The notes: a model not told the origin generated them from the letters alone. A DNA stretch of 64,000 nt from Candidatus Kuenenia stuttgartensis (GCA_945876185.1 CAMCMZ010000003.1:15454-79453); one strand, 5' to 3'. Positions 50,352-61,766 are shown, numbered from the stretch's first letter. Numbers and translations: made by a program.

Positions 50352-51107
50352 ATGGTTTCGGACACAAGGCAGCGTCGTAGCCGCCGTGCATCCGGGTTCA
50401 CGTTGTTGGAAGTGATGATCGCGGTGGCGATCCTGACCATAACCACGGGTGCGGTCATGGCTGGGTTTGCCGGTCTGGTCGGCGTCCGGCGCGAATCCAA
50501 CGACGTCAATACGATCAATGCCCTGCTCAGGGACCTCGACAACCGTATTCAGGGCGCCTCGCCGGAAGACATTCTCAGCGCAAACACCTGGCTGCGGCCC
50601 CGGCCGGCGCTCGCCGCCGACAACACCATCGCCACGATTGACAGCAACAATGGTCCGCTTGACGACAGTTCCCTGATCGCGCTGGGTCTGCTTGACGGTG
50701 AAGGGTCGGGGATCAACGGCTTGGCCGTGTATATCGAGTATTATCGCGGCCTGCGGACGATATCCGACCCGGTCTCGGGCCGGGAATCGTTGGATACCCT
50801 CCCACCCTATGCCCAGATGTTGTCCAATCCCGCCTTCGACTGGCAGCGGACCCTTCGGACACCGCACAATGCCTTAACGACAACGGCCTTTGCCAAACCA
50901 CCGTCCCCGACGGCCTATGATTTCCTGATTCCGAGCCTTAATCCAGTCCCGGCCGTCTACCCGGCGCTCAACAGCCTCAATCGGGACTCGGATTGGCACC
51001 TGGTCATCCGCCTCATCGTCGTGTGGAAGAGCCAAAGCGGACAGGCCATCAACGGGTTTCGCTCCAAAGAACTGATCACCGGTCGTCGCATTCCACGGAT
51101 CGACTAA
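50352..51107 (+). CDS. Type IV prepilin-like minor pilin/pseudopilin (PilV-like position)
   Basis: Class III signal RRSRRASG/FTLLEVMIAVAIL with E5. Confidence 0.85.
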   Translation: MVSDTRQRRSRRASGFTLLEVMIAVAILTITTGAVMAGFAGLVGVRRESNDVNTINALLRDLDNRIQGASPEDILSANTWLRPRPALAADNTIATIDSNNGPLDDSSLIALGLLDGEGSGINGLAVYIEYYRGLRTISDPVSGRESLDTLPPYAQMLSNPAFDWQRTLRTPHNALTTTAFAKPPSPTAYDFLIPSLNPVPAVYPALNSLNRDSDWHLVIRLIVVWKSQSGQAINGFRSKELITGRRIPRID

Positions 51108-51111
51108 TCCT

Positions 51112-52593
51112 ATGGGCACTCACGGCATCAGAATGCATGGCGCGTACACCCTGGTCGAGGTGACCATCGCCGTGCTCATCCTCGCTGTGGCCGCCGCCAT
51201 GTCGGTTGAAGCATCGCTCGCGTCGGCGCGCCACGCGGCCCTGGCCTCGGCCCAGGACACCATCACGGATGATGGCCATGAGATCCTACGCACCATCTGC
51301 GAGGATCTCGGGGCCAGCGCCTGGCAGTTTGCCGATGACCAGACGACCTATTCGGTGGAAGAAGGCTGGCGACGGGATGGAAGCAGTGATGGCGGTATCC
51401 TACCCTCAGGAGTGAACTTTGCGACGGACCGTGGACTGCGCTACTACCCTTTCGTGCTCCAGCAGACCAGCGACGGAACCCTCAACACGGAAGGATTGCC
51501 CCAGGGCAGCAGCCCCAAGGTTCCCATGACCTGGTTCAAGCGTGCTGGGGACCAACTGACTACACCCACATGGCCGGACGTAGGGCAACCGTTCGCGCGC
51601 GGCATCCATTGGCCATTGAACCTTCCGGGCAAGCCGACCGACCGCGACACCGTTTTCAGCAACCCCACCCGGAATGCCGCGCAGTATAAACTGTATATCG
51701 ATAGCTTCTTCGCCCGATCCCAGGAACTCGTGTTCCTCAAAACCACTGCCGGCGGGTGGCCCCGGCCCATCCAGATTGGCACACAATGCGTCTTGCAGCG
51801 GGGGGAACCAGCGACCGGCATCCGGGGTTCCGTCGCCGACTGGCAGGCGGCCCAGGCCCAGATCGGTACCGCGAATGACACCCTGGCCTGGCGGCAGGGG
51901 CTCGGAGTCTCCTATGCTTCCCCTTGGCGGCGCCTGACGGCGAATGCCACCGCTTTCGATTATGTCGATCCCACCCTGCCGGCACCATGGGATCCCCTGG
52001 TTTCAGCCCCGCAATTGTATGGGCGGGAACTGTCAGCCGCGCGGGTCAACGCCAATGCTTCGGGCAATCTCAACGTGCAACTCAACTGGGAAACCATGCG
52101 GGACACCTCGCTGGCACCCCAGAATGGCCCCCTGCCGCAGGGGTTCGCCAACAATCTGCGCGAATACACCTATGCCGTGATCCCGTGTCCTGGCAACGTC
52201 GGCCAATTGGGCCGTCTGGTGCGGGCCTACCGCGACGATCCCGGGTTCATCCCATCGGCGGATCAGTACATCGCCAGTGGTACCGTCCTCGTTACCACCA
52301 CGGCCGGCGCCGCTTCCGTGCCGACGGTGACGACCTCGAAAACCGTATATGTCATCATCGATCGGGTGCTGTCGGATTCGGTTGTGCGGGTGGTCTTCGA
52401 CACCGCGCGAACCGATCCCAACCTGCGCATCAACCAGGTGCGCATCCGGTTGTACCTGGCCAGGCGGGTCGAAGGTTCCGACATGGGGGTCTTCCGTCGG
52501 CTTGAATGCCTGGCCACCCTCAATTCCCGTAGCAGCAATCCCGACATGACCAATGACCTCTCTGCGCTGGGTTCGGTCCCGTTCCCATACTGA
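51112..52593 (+). CDS. Type IV prepilin-like minor pilin (PilW/GspJ-like position)
   Basis: MHGA/YTLVEVTIAVLIL hydrophobic N-terminal helix with E5. Confidence 0.8.
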   Translation: MGTHGIRMHGAYTLVEVTIAVLILAVAAAMSVEASLASARHAALASAQDTITDDGHEILRTICEDLGASAWQFADDQTTYSVEEGWRRDGSSDGGILPSGVNFATDRGLRYYPFVLQQTSDGTLNTEGLPQGSSPKVPMTWFKRAGDQLTTPTWPDVGQPFARGIHWPLNLPGKPTDRDTVFSNPTRNAAQYKLYIDSFFARSQELVFLKTTAGGWPRPIQIGTQCVLQRGEPATGIRGSVADWQAAQAQIGTANDTLAWRQGLGVSYASPWRRLTANATAFDYVDPTLPAPWDPLVSAPQLYGRELSAARVNANASGNLNVQLNWETMRDTSLAPQNGPLPQGFANNLREYTYAVIPCPGNVGQLGRLVRAYRDDPGFIPSADQYIASGTVLVTTTAGAASVPTVTTSKTVYVIIDRVLSDSVVRVVFDTARTDPNLRINQVRIRLYLARRVEGSDMGVFRRLECLATLNSRSSNPDMTNDLSALGSVPFPY

Positions 52594-52622
52594 CCGCGTC
52601 TACCGTTCTTTTGGAGTCCACC

Positions 52623-55600
52623 ATGCAACTCACCGCCCGTTCCAACCCAAAACCGACGCCGCGCAGCGGCAACGCCATCGTCCTTAGCTTGGCCCTGGTC
52701 GTCGTGATCGGTTCGCTCCTCGCGACCACCACCACCAGTTCCGTGGCGACTTTGCAGTGGGCGGTCCGTGAGTCGGATCGGCAGACGGCTCTCTCAGCGG
52801 TCAACATGGTCATATCGCGCCGGGAACTGAGGGTGGTCCAGTTGGGCCAGACCGGCGACCCCGAATCATTTGTCGATTATCAGGACAATTTCGGTGTCGA
52901 CCAGGTCGGATCCTGCACCGTGCAGTGGAAGGTGAGCCCAGTCCACACCCCCCCAAAAAATGCGCTTGGCCAGGTGCAGGACTACATCGCCAATCCACCG
53001 CCCCAGGAACCCACGGGAACCGTCGACTCGCACCAGTTGCCCAATGATACGGTCTACCTCTATGAAGTTGCGGCCAAAGCCACGATCACCAATGGCGATC
53101 AGATTCTCGCTTCTGCCCAGGGCGTGCGTTACACGTCGGTGCTCAAGACGCCGTTGTTCCAATACGTGATCTTCTACGCCCAACGCGGGCCCAAGGGCGA
53201 TCTCGAACTCAGCCATGGCGATAATTTGAATATCAAGGGCAGCGTTCACACCAATGGGGCCTTGTACATTGGCGCGCAAACCAAGGTCAATGACTGGGCG
53301 ACCCTGGCCGGACCTGGCTCGTATACCCGTATTGGTCCGGCGACCCGGGGTAGCGATACCAATGTGCCGGTGAAGGTGATCGGGGTGGATGGCATTTTCT
53401 GCCTGTCGAAACCCCTGTTATATGGAATGATGAATAAATTGCCGCTGGGGTCCCCCGCGTTGCAGCGGGTGGGGGCGGAAACGCTGACGAACTACTATGA
53501 CACCAGCACTGCGGACTCTTATCCCCGAGATGCGGAGGCCATTCAGGCGTTGTACCGAATGACCAGCGATCCGGCCACGCTCGCCGCCCATACGGGCCCG
53601 CTGATCACGACCAACCTGGGCGCAGTGGGTTCGACCAATGCCGTTGATTACATCAATCCCTACCGGGTACGGAACTACACCACCGGGTCATTGGCAACCA
53701 GGAACAGCGGTTTTAGCGGATCCCAGACGGATCAATTGACGGCGCGCACCATCAATCGGGTGAGTCCGGGTGGCCTAGGCATCCCTATCCTTGGCGCGGA
53801 CATCGGCACCACCCAGGCCAATGATTCCCGCGATGGTGCCACGGCCAATACCCAAGGGCGATGGCGGCAGTTGTCCACCGGCCCAGGGACCAGCAATCCG
53901 GCGGGATTCAATGGCCATGTGCGGACTTCGCTCACCGGAGGGTCGGTCAAGCAGTTGCCCACCAACCTGATCGGGGTCGAAGGCGCCGCCCTGCGCCCGC
54001 TGGAACCGCAGGCACTGCGGTATGTCACCAGCAACCCGCTCGTGGGCGGTGGGTTGCCGTACGACAGTGACCCGACCACGGATGACCATGAATGGGCGAC
54101 CCCCCTGTTCCGGACGGATGCGATTGGCACCACCACGACCGATCCTGGCGCATTCTGGGATACCAATGGGGTCCTGCTTGAAGAGCCCGGTAAATACCTG
54201 CGTCACGCCCTCGGTGATGGCCGGTTTCTCGCCCGGCGTCCGGAAACCCATGCAAAACCGGGAACTGGGTGGGATGTATACAGCTTCGCCTCGGGTGCCC
54301 CGGCTGCCATCACGGCCAGTGCGGCACCACTGGGCAAAGTGGGCCTGATCATCCGGGAACGCCCGGTTCCCAACACCGACATCTGGCCGGGCACGGTCAG
54401 CGTCCCACCATTACCACGGTCGGATCCGAATTCCTTGCCCTTCGCCTACGGCAAGGCCTTCCGGCCAGGTCGGCCAAAGATCACCCCAATCGATGTTGAC
54501 CATGGCACTTGGGCCGGTGCTGATTATGGGGCGTGGTTTGGGGCGTTTGGCTGGCAGGTGGGATCAACCAGGGCCAAAATCAACGAAACGACAGGGGGGC
54601 CGGCGCAGCCGGACCGATCCTTCGAACTGACCGTAGATGGAACTCTGACCGTCAGATCCAAGGCGTCTCCTGGGGTGTATTTCCCCAAGGGCACGGGAAC
54701 GAACCCAAGTTCGACGGAAATTAGGAGCGGTGTCATGGATCGTGAACGCCTGGGCAATACCGACCGCTATACCTATTTCTACAATGACAGTTGGCGCTTT
54801 TTCCATCTCAAGCAGCCGAACGCAGCCGTTCCCCAGCCAGGGGGGGTCACTTGGCGCACCTTCGACGATGGTTTCCCGAAAAGCCAGGCGGGGGCGGGGC
54901 GCTATTGGGGTAACAATATCAACAACCAATACTTACAGAGTTGGGGAAACACCCGCAATGGGGCCGAAAATGTTTATGACTGCGTCACCGGATCCGCTTT
55001 GCTCACCGGCAAACCGTTTTCGGTCGGTTCCAGCGGAACCGCGCCGACGAACTTGCCCCCGCACGTAAATTCACCGCTAGGGGGCGAATACTTCAGCTAC
55101 CGCCTGGAGGGCTTCCTGGTCCCGGAATTCAGCGAAAGCTATTTCATCGGTGCCGTCCATGACGATGGCGTCAAGATCTGGTTTGACGGCAAGCTGCTGT
55201 CAGAGACCAACCGATGGAGTTTCACGGGTCAAGGTGAGGCCTATGGTGGTTACACCGAGCGGCTGACCGCCGGCCAAGCCTATCCGATCGTGGTGGAATA
55301 TTTTTTCCAGGGCGGTAACGGTAGAGGCCTCACGACCAAATGGTCGAGCGCAACCCGAACCATTGAGGAGATTCCCATCGCCAGCTCCAACACCGGGGTT
55401 GGTTGGCACCAGACCGATCCCAATTATGGTTTCAAGAAACCAGGTGGAACGACGAGCGCTCCTACCGGTTTCAAGTCCATCCAAGGCCGCATCAAAGTCC
55501 CATCCTTATCACTGTTTCCCAGTGGGCAGCGGTTGAATGATCGATCCTTAGCAGACAACACCCTTCACAAGGTTGGGCTCATGTTGCGTGACGGGGCAGC

Positions 55601-58600
55601 TGGTCTTTCCCCCTGGCTCAGCGGTCGCGATGCCTATGTGATGATCGGTTATAACCGAATACGCGGAGTGTTCGTGCAGCAGCGTCGGGTAGCGGCGGAA
55701 ACGTGGTACAGCGAGGCCAGGGTGCCGAAGTGGTTCGTCGGGGCAGGGGCAAGCTTCAAAGAAGAAGATCAAAGCGGAAACATCAGGTTACCAACCAGCG
55801 ATAGTGCTGGGGAAGTCGATTCGTACCTCAAGCCTCTGGTCACCACTTCGGGCCAGACCGAGCCCTACAGCTTCAACAATAAGCGTTTCGAATATTCTAA
55901 TTATGTGTTGGCGGCTACGATGGAAAAATATCGTGAAGTCCTTCCTGTCCCCACCCCAACGGTTACCCAAACACCTGTCGACGTCGCCAATAATTCCCTG
56001 CGCTGCGAACCGCAGGAAATAATAGAGGAAGGTAGGAGGCATTCCGTGACTGTCCGGCGTACAGGCGGAGTGATCTCTCGTACCGTGAAACCCAGGAAAA
56101 CGATCTACCCCTACTGGAATCAGACGATCTACCTGCGTCTGAACAGCGCCTTGCCACCGTTACAGTCTGGCGATGATGGTAAGACGTTGACGCTGTATAA
56201 CCTCATTTCACCCTTTGGACAGAGGTGGTCTGGAAAGGTGTCCGTAACCCCCCCCACCGAAATCAAAATCGTAGAAGGGGACCCGAATTTCGATACCTAT
56301 TCCACAGATGGTTCAGATATCACGAGCCCCATCGCGACCCGTGCGGATCGGACCTACGAGAACAACGTGGTCTTCGTCAGAGACGGTCAGATCAATGGCA
56401 AGACAGCGGAATACATCAAAAATTCAATGAATTCCAATTCGGCCGGTGGTTGCATAACCTGGATCCTGCCGTCATCCGGCAATGCATGGCCGGACTCAAA
56501 TGGATTTCTCAAGGCACCGCGCCCAACAATTACGCAGGCCCATTATGATGCAGTCACTGATCCGACGATCCCGCCTGGCACCGTGGGCCGCTATCGCATA
56601 AACATCCCGAACGGAAATTACTATTTCGCCATCGACCGGGGTTGGAGCAACCGTGACGTCTACCAGGATATTAACAGTTGGGTGAGTCGTACGGGAGTGT
56701 GGAACGCAACGCCTGTGCCACAGGTTGTACCCTGGACCACCGCATGGAATCTGCCTGGGGTCGAGCGGGTGAAGACCTATAGCCATCGGCCGGATCTCTG
56801 GGGATCAACCAACGTCGCCTCTGTCAGCGGGGATGTTTTCAATACCTACCAGGCCCTAAATGCGGGCGCGGGCTTGGTTCCGATCATTCCGGACGGCGTG
56901 ACCAATCCTAGCGCTCGAACCCCATGGTATCTCACCGACGACATCCCGACGCCACCGTCCACCGCTTCATCGCCACCCTGGTCGGATGAGCAGAAACTGA
57001 TCTGGGATCCCAACCTGGAATCCGTGTGGTTGCGCATCGAACAGGATCCGGATCAACCCAAAATGGTCCGATTCGCCTGGTCGCCGAAGTCGACGCAGCC
57101 GCTGGATTCCGAATGGCAGTATGTTACCAAAGACTCCGGCACGACTTCGGTGCAGGGCAGAGACAACGCCAATGCGAGTCCTGACATTCTGCGGATCGAT
57201 CTGTCCCCGTCTGACACGCGCAGTATTTGGGGTGGCCAAACGGACCCGACGGCGCCCAATGATCAGATCCTGGCCGGGCCGTGCTTCCAGAACGCGGGAT
57301 TCACCTCCACCGGCAACGGGACCTCAGCCGCTTTCACCGCGACGATGAGCGACCTGAAAGTCGTGGTGGCAGGCGACTCCGCCGATGTCAATGGAGATGG
57401 CGTCATCGACACGAGCGACTGGTTCTCGCCCACGACGGGCAGCTCTGCGTCTCCAGAATCGGCCTACCTTGCCAGCCAATACCAGGTACTTTGGGGCCCT
57501 TACGACATCACCGAGGATTTCTTCACCTGGCAAGAGACCCAGGGCAATGCCGGGCGCACCGCCTGGGAGGACTGGATGTACAGTCCGCGCGAGTTCTGGA
57601 GCCAGTCCCGATACTGGTACAATGCAGCCGTCAACGATACGTTCACCGATGCAAGGCATGTTGACAAGGAAAAGGATCCTGGCGGCCACAGCAACCTCGC
57701 CAATCGCCTGGCCCTGGCCCAGACCACCCTGCTCACCCTGAATATGGGCCGTTACGACGCCATCAACCAGACCGGTATCCAGGGCTACCTGCGCAACCGC
57801 CGTTTGGTTGATGCGGTGCAGAATCGCCCCTTCACCGATTCGCAGAATAGGAACCCCCCAGCGGTGTATCTCGGGGACCAGGGCCTGCTTCTCAAGGATT
57901 CATTCAATGGCCTGATCTATGCAGCGCGCACCAACCGCTATCCCTGGAACCCAACGATTCCCAACGGTAGCACATATGCCGGAATGAATCTGGCTGCCGC
58001 CTGGGATCTTGGTGCCAACCTGTTCCCGAATACGACCCCAAATCTGTCCGGCACGAACCCCCTGGCGGATGTCGTCATCGCCAACCGTGCGAATCTCAAT
58101 GGATTGACCGCATCGCGCTCGGCCAATCGCATCGACCCGGCCACGAGAATTGTGTACCACCGGCTCCAGTCCTATACGGATCTGCTGGGTGCCCCTGCGA
58201 CCAAACCCCAGGATTTCCACCATGGGGTCCGGGTGGTCAATGCCTCCGACATCCACTGGGGTTTTCCCAATCCCACAGGTGCAACCGCAGGGACATTTGG
58301 CGAGAGCAAGACGTCAATCGTCACCCCAAACCAACTCTACCTGTGCGGCGACGTCAATACCATTGACTATCCACTGACGACGCGCAATGCGCAGACCCCG
58401 GTTCGCCATACCGCCCCGTTGGCGGTGATGGGCGATGTCATCCACCTGCTGTCCAACGCGTTTTCTCCGTACAATCCGGCCAACCCGGTCAGGAGTTATG
58501 CCATCCCTTCCATCTACAAGGACAAGTCGATCACCCCCCCCCCCGCCCCCGACCCCGACCGTGCCCCCGACCCCGCCCCCGATCCAGGCCTCGATCACCG

Positions 58601-59121
58601 GGTCCGGCATCCTGGTCAATCCCACCCAGTACCCGGCCACGACGACCACCTACAACACCTGCATCCTGACCCACAATCAACCCACCACCCGGGCCACCGT
58701 TCTGGAAGGTCAGGGGGCGGCGTTCGTCGACACCATGCAGTTCATGGAGAACTGGAATGGTGCCAGCATGTATTTCAAGGGAAGTCTGGTGGTCATGGAT
58801 ACGCGTCGCTACACCCAGGCCTTTCTGCTCGATTTGGAAAAGCGGTATGGCCGCACCGTCTTCGGCACCACGGTTGCGAATGGTAGTCGGGTAGGGGGCA
58901 GACTCGAAGCCGCCCCGTTGACCGGGACAGAGGTGGCCGGGTGGCAAACCATCTACACGGGTCTGGGCCTGAACCAACAATGGGATGGATTTATTCCCCA
59001 GGCCTATGGCGTACCTTCCCGCATCTATTCCTTCAACAACGACCTTCTGACCCCGGAAGGCACCCCACCGTTCACGCCCTTCGGTGTGACCACCAGCGGC
59101 ATCGGCGGCTGGCTGCGTTGA
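52623..59121 (+). CDS. Giant PilX/GspK-like tip adhesin (~2165 aa if intact) with a PA14 domain; frameshifted at C11 tract 58534-58544
   Basis: RSG/NAIVLSLALVV N-terminus lacking E5; PA14 (FSYRLEG.L.P...HDDG..IWFDG...L.AG..YPIVVEY); DVNGDGVIDTSD loop; the conserved-looking C-terminus (MENW..FKGSLV..P.R.YSF..D....TPP.TP) lies in the +1 frame (ORF 58435-59121). Confidence 0.8.
58534..58544 (+). repeat. C11 homopolymer at the frameshift point
   Basis: ATCA-C11-GCC; C10 or C13 would join the two reading frames. Confidence 0.9.
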
Positions 59122-59122
59122 G

Positions 59123-59227
59123 CCTAAAAATCGCAATTGCACCCCAGCTGCGGCGTTGGTCGTCAGTCATTGGGCGCTGCCCAACTCCTTCCTCCCGCCT
59201 TGCATCTGGGGCGCACTTGCGATTTTT
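59123..59227 (+). repeat. 102-bp structured repeat, family B
   Basis: TGA-G-CCT-AAAAATCGCAATTGC... directly after the stop (59119-59121) of the +1-frame adhesin C-terminus. Confidence 0.92.
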
Positions 59228-59339
59228 AATGGAAATTGTTGGTGCGGCGGTTTCGACGATGGTGGAAAAGGTGAGGGCGGGAAATTCAAGTCGCCGTCGG
59301 TGTGCTTGAGTCCGATCCGCGCAGTCTAGCGTCGCGCGC

Positions 59340-61220
59340 ATGAAGCTCGCCGACTACGATGCGCTGATTGGGCGCCTGGAACGCCTGGCGCAGGATTCAC
59401 CCGCGGCCTATCGGTCGCGGGTGTACCTGTTCACGGCCCTGGGCTATAGCGTGGTGGGGTTGACCCTGCTTGCCGGCGTGCTGCTGCTGCTGGCGGGTGC
59501 GTTGGTGATCTGGTTTGGCGCCGGCAGCAAGGCCGGCGCAGGCGCGGTGAAACTGGGGCTGGTCATCGCGGGCACCGGCGGCTGGCTGGTGTGGGCGGTG
59601 CTGCGCGGGGTCTGGGTGCGTTTCCCGCCGCCCGATGGCGTACGCCTGACGCGCGCCGAGGCGCCGGAATTGCACGATGAGATCGACCGTACGTGTCAGT
59701 CTCTGGGCATTGCGCGCATCCACGCGATCGTGATCGACCAGTCCTACAATGCGGCGTTGGCGCAATTGCCCCGCCTGGGCGTGTTCGGCTGGTACCGCAA
59801 CGTGCTGGTCCTGGGTCTGCCGCTGCTGCGCCACTTGACGCCGGAGCAGGCGCGCGGGGTGATCGCGCATGAACTCGGCCATTTGCAAGGTCACCATGGG
59901 CGGGTCGCCACCTGGATCGTGCGCCTGCGCGCGACCTGGGCCGCGATCGCCGCGCGCTCGGCCAACGCCTTCGCGCGCGCCTTCCTGCGCTGGTACGCGC
60001 CGCGCTTCGACGCCTACACCTTTGTCCTGGCGCGGGCGCATGAACGCGAGGCCGACCGGGCCTCGATGCAGTTGGTCGGCGGTGAGTGCGCCGGCATCGC
60101 CTTGGCGCGCACCGCAGTGGGCGGGCGCCAGGCGGGGCGGTTTCTTGGCGGACTCAACCGGCTGGCCGTGCGCCAGGCGGAACCGCCACCTGACCTGCCC
60201 GACCGGATCGCGCGCGATCTCACCGTGCCCGCGCCGGAATCAACGCGTTGGCTCGATGAGGAACTGCATCGCAGCAACAACCGTAGCGATCCGCATCCCT
60301 GCCTGCGTGAACGCCTGGAATTGATGACTGCCGCCCCGGCAGCACGTTCACCGATGGTGCTGGGGGTGGTGCCCGCGACCGCCAGCGCCGCCGCGATGTG
60401 GTTGCGCAGCCAGGAAAAAACCTGCGCCGAGCGCCTGGGCGCTGAATGGGCCACCGGGGTTGCGGCGCAGTGGCACGACCGCCATCGCCACGCCCAGGAA
60501 CTGCGTCGCCGACTGGAGGAGCTGGATACCGAGGTCGCCACCGGCGCGGCAGACGACAAGCAGCTCTGGCAGCGCGCCGCGATCCGGCACGACCTCGATG
60601 GCCCCGCCGCCGCCCGGCCAGCGATTGAGGACGTGCTCAAACGCAACCCGCACCACGCCCCGGCGCTGTTCCAACTTGGCCAGGACCTGCTCGAGGTGTC
60701 GGATCCGCGCGGGGTGCCGCTCATCGAACGAGCGATGGAACTCGACGACGACGCCACTGGGCCGGGCTGCGATCTGCTGCGCGACTTCGCCGATCGCCAG
60801 GGCAGGCCGGAACTGATCGCCCGCGCCGAGAGCCGCGGCGAGGCCCGGGCCGAACTGGAAACGAAAGCCGCCGAGGAGCGCAACCGCCTGCCGCGCCCCC
60901 GCGATCTGCTGCCGCACGGCCTCACTGACGCTGAACTGAAACCGCTGCGCGCCGTCCTGGCCGAACAGCCCGACCTTGCCCACGCCGACCTCGCCCGGGT
61001 TGCGGTCAAGCACCTGCCGGAGCGGCCGTTCTTCACCCTCGTCGTTCGCATCAAGCGGCCGTGGTGGAAGTTCCAGTCGGCCGAAAAGGACCAGCCGGTG
61101 CTGGATGCCGTCGCGCAGGCCAACGTTCTGCCGGGAACCTACCTGGTCATCAACGGCCGGGAAAAAACCGCCGCCCTGGCCAAGGCGGTGGCGAAGCAGT
61201 CGGGCGCGCGGATTTTCTAG
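59340..61220 (+). CDS. M48-family membrane zinc metalloprotease with TPR-like C-terminus
   Basis: Two N-terminal TMs, YNAAL, IAHELGH (HExxH), HEREADR, DPHPCLRER. Confidence 0.9.
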   Translation: MKLADYDALIGRLERLAQDSPAAYRSRVYLFTALGYSVVGLTLLAGVLLLLAGALVIWFGAGSKAGAGAVKLGLVIAGTGGWLVWAVLRGVWVRFPPPDGVRLTRAEAPELHDEIDRTCQSLGIARIHAIVIDQSYNAALAQLPRLGVFGWYRNVLVLGLPLLRHLTPEQARGVIAHELGHLQGHHGRVATWIVRLRATWAAIAARSANAFARAFLRWYAPRFDAYTFVLARAHEREADRASMQLVGGECAGIALARTAVGGRQAGRFLGGLNRLAVRQAEPPPDLPDRIARDLTVPAPESTRWLDEELHRSNNRSDPHPCLRERLELMTAAPAARSPMVLGVVPATASAAAMWLRSQEKTCAERLGAEWATGVAAQWHDRHRHAQELRRRLEELDTEVATGAADDKQLWQRAAIRHDLDGPAAARPAIEDVLKRNPHHAPALFQLGQDLLEVSDPRGVPLIERAMELDDDATGPGCDLLRDFADRQGRPELIARAESRGEARAELETKAAEERNRLPRPRDLLPHGLTDAELKPLRAVLAEQPDLAHADLARVAVKHLPERPFFTLVVRIKRPWWKFQSAEKDQPVLDAVAQANVLPGTYLVINGREKTAALAKAVAKQSGARIF

Positions 61221-61234
61221 CAGGACTCGCGCGA

Positions 61235-61635
61235 GGAGCGTCGATGTCCACATCGACGAAGGACTTGGACATCCACGGCGATGTGGACATCGCCGCTCCG
61301 GTGGCGCCTCGTAGGAGCGTCGATGTCCACATCGACGAATGACTTGGACACCACGGCGATGTGGACATCGCCGCTCCTTTGGCGAGTGGCGTCTCGAATG
61401 GAGCGTCGATGTCCACATCGACGAAGGACTTGGACACCACGGCGATGTGGACATCGCCGCTCCTTTGGCGAGTGGCGTCTCGTAGGAGCGTCGATGTCCA
61501 CATCGACGAATGGCTTGGACACCACGGCGATGTGGACATCGCCGCTCCTTTGGCGAGTGGCGTTTCGAATGGAGCGTCGATGTCCACATCGACGAATGGT
61601 TTGAACACCGACGGCGATGTGGACATCGCCGCTCC
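61235..61635. repeat. BIME-like tandem array of 5 inverted REP doublets
   Basis: Units start at 61235, 61314, 61400, 61485 and 61571; each is GGAGCGTCGATGTCCACATCGACG, a 16-17-nt linker, then CGGCGATGTGGACATCGCCGCTCC. Confidence 0.9.
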
Positions 61636-61766
61636 TGACGGCCGCCACTCGTCCAAACGGTGAGACGCCAAGGTTCCCGGGAAAGCAGGACACCGCCACG
61701 CAAGCGCCGCCTGCAGATCGGGCTTGCTACTGGTGGCAGGGGGGCGGGAGCGTAGATCCAGGTCTC

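Noticed and set aside
61235-61635. CRISPR array
   Set aside because: The intervening sequences are near-identical rather than unique spacers, the arms alternate in orientation, and there are no cas genes
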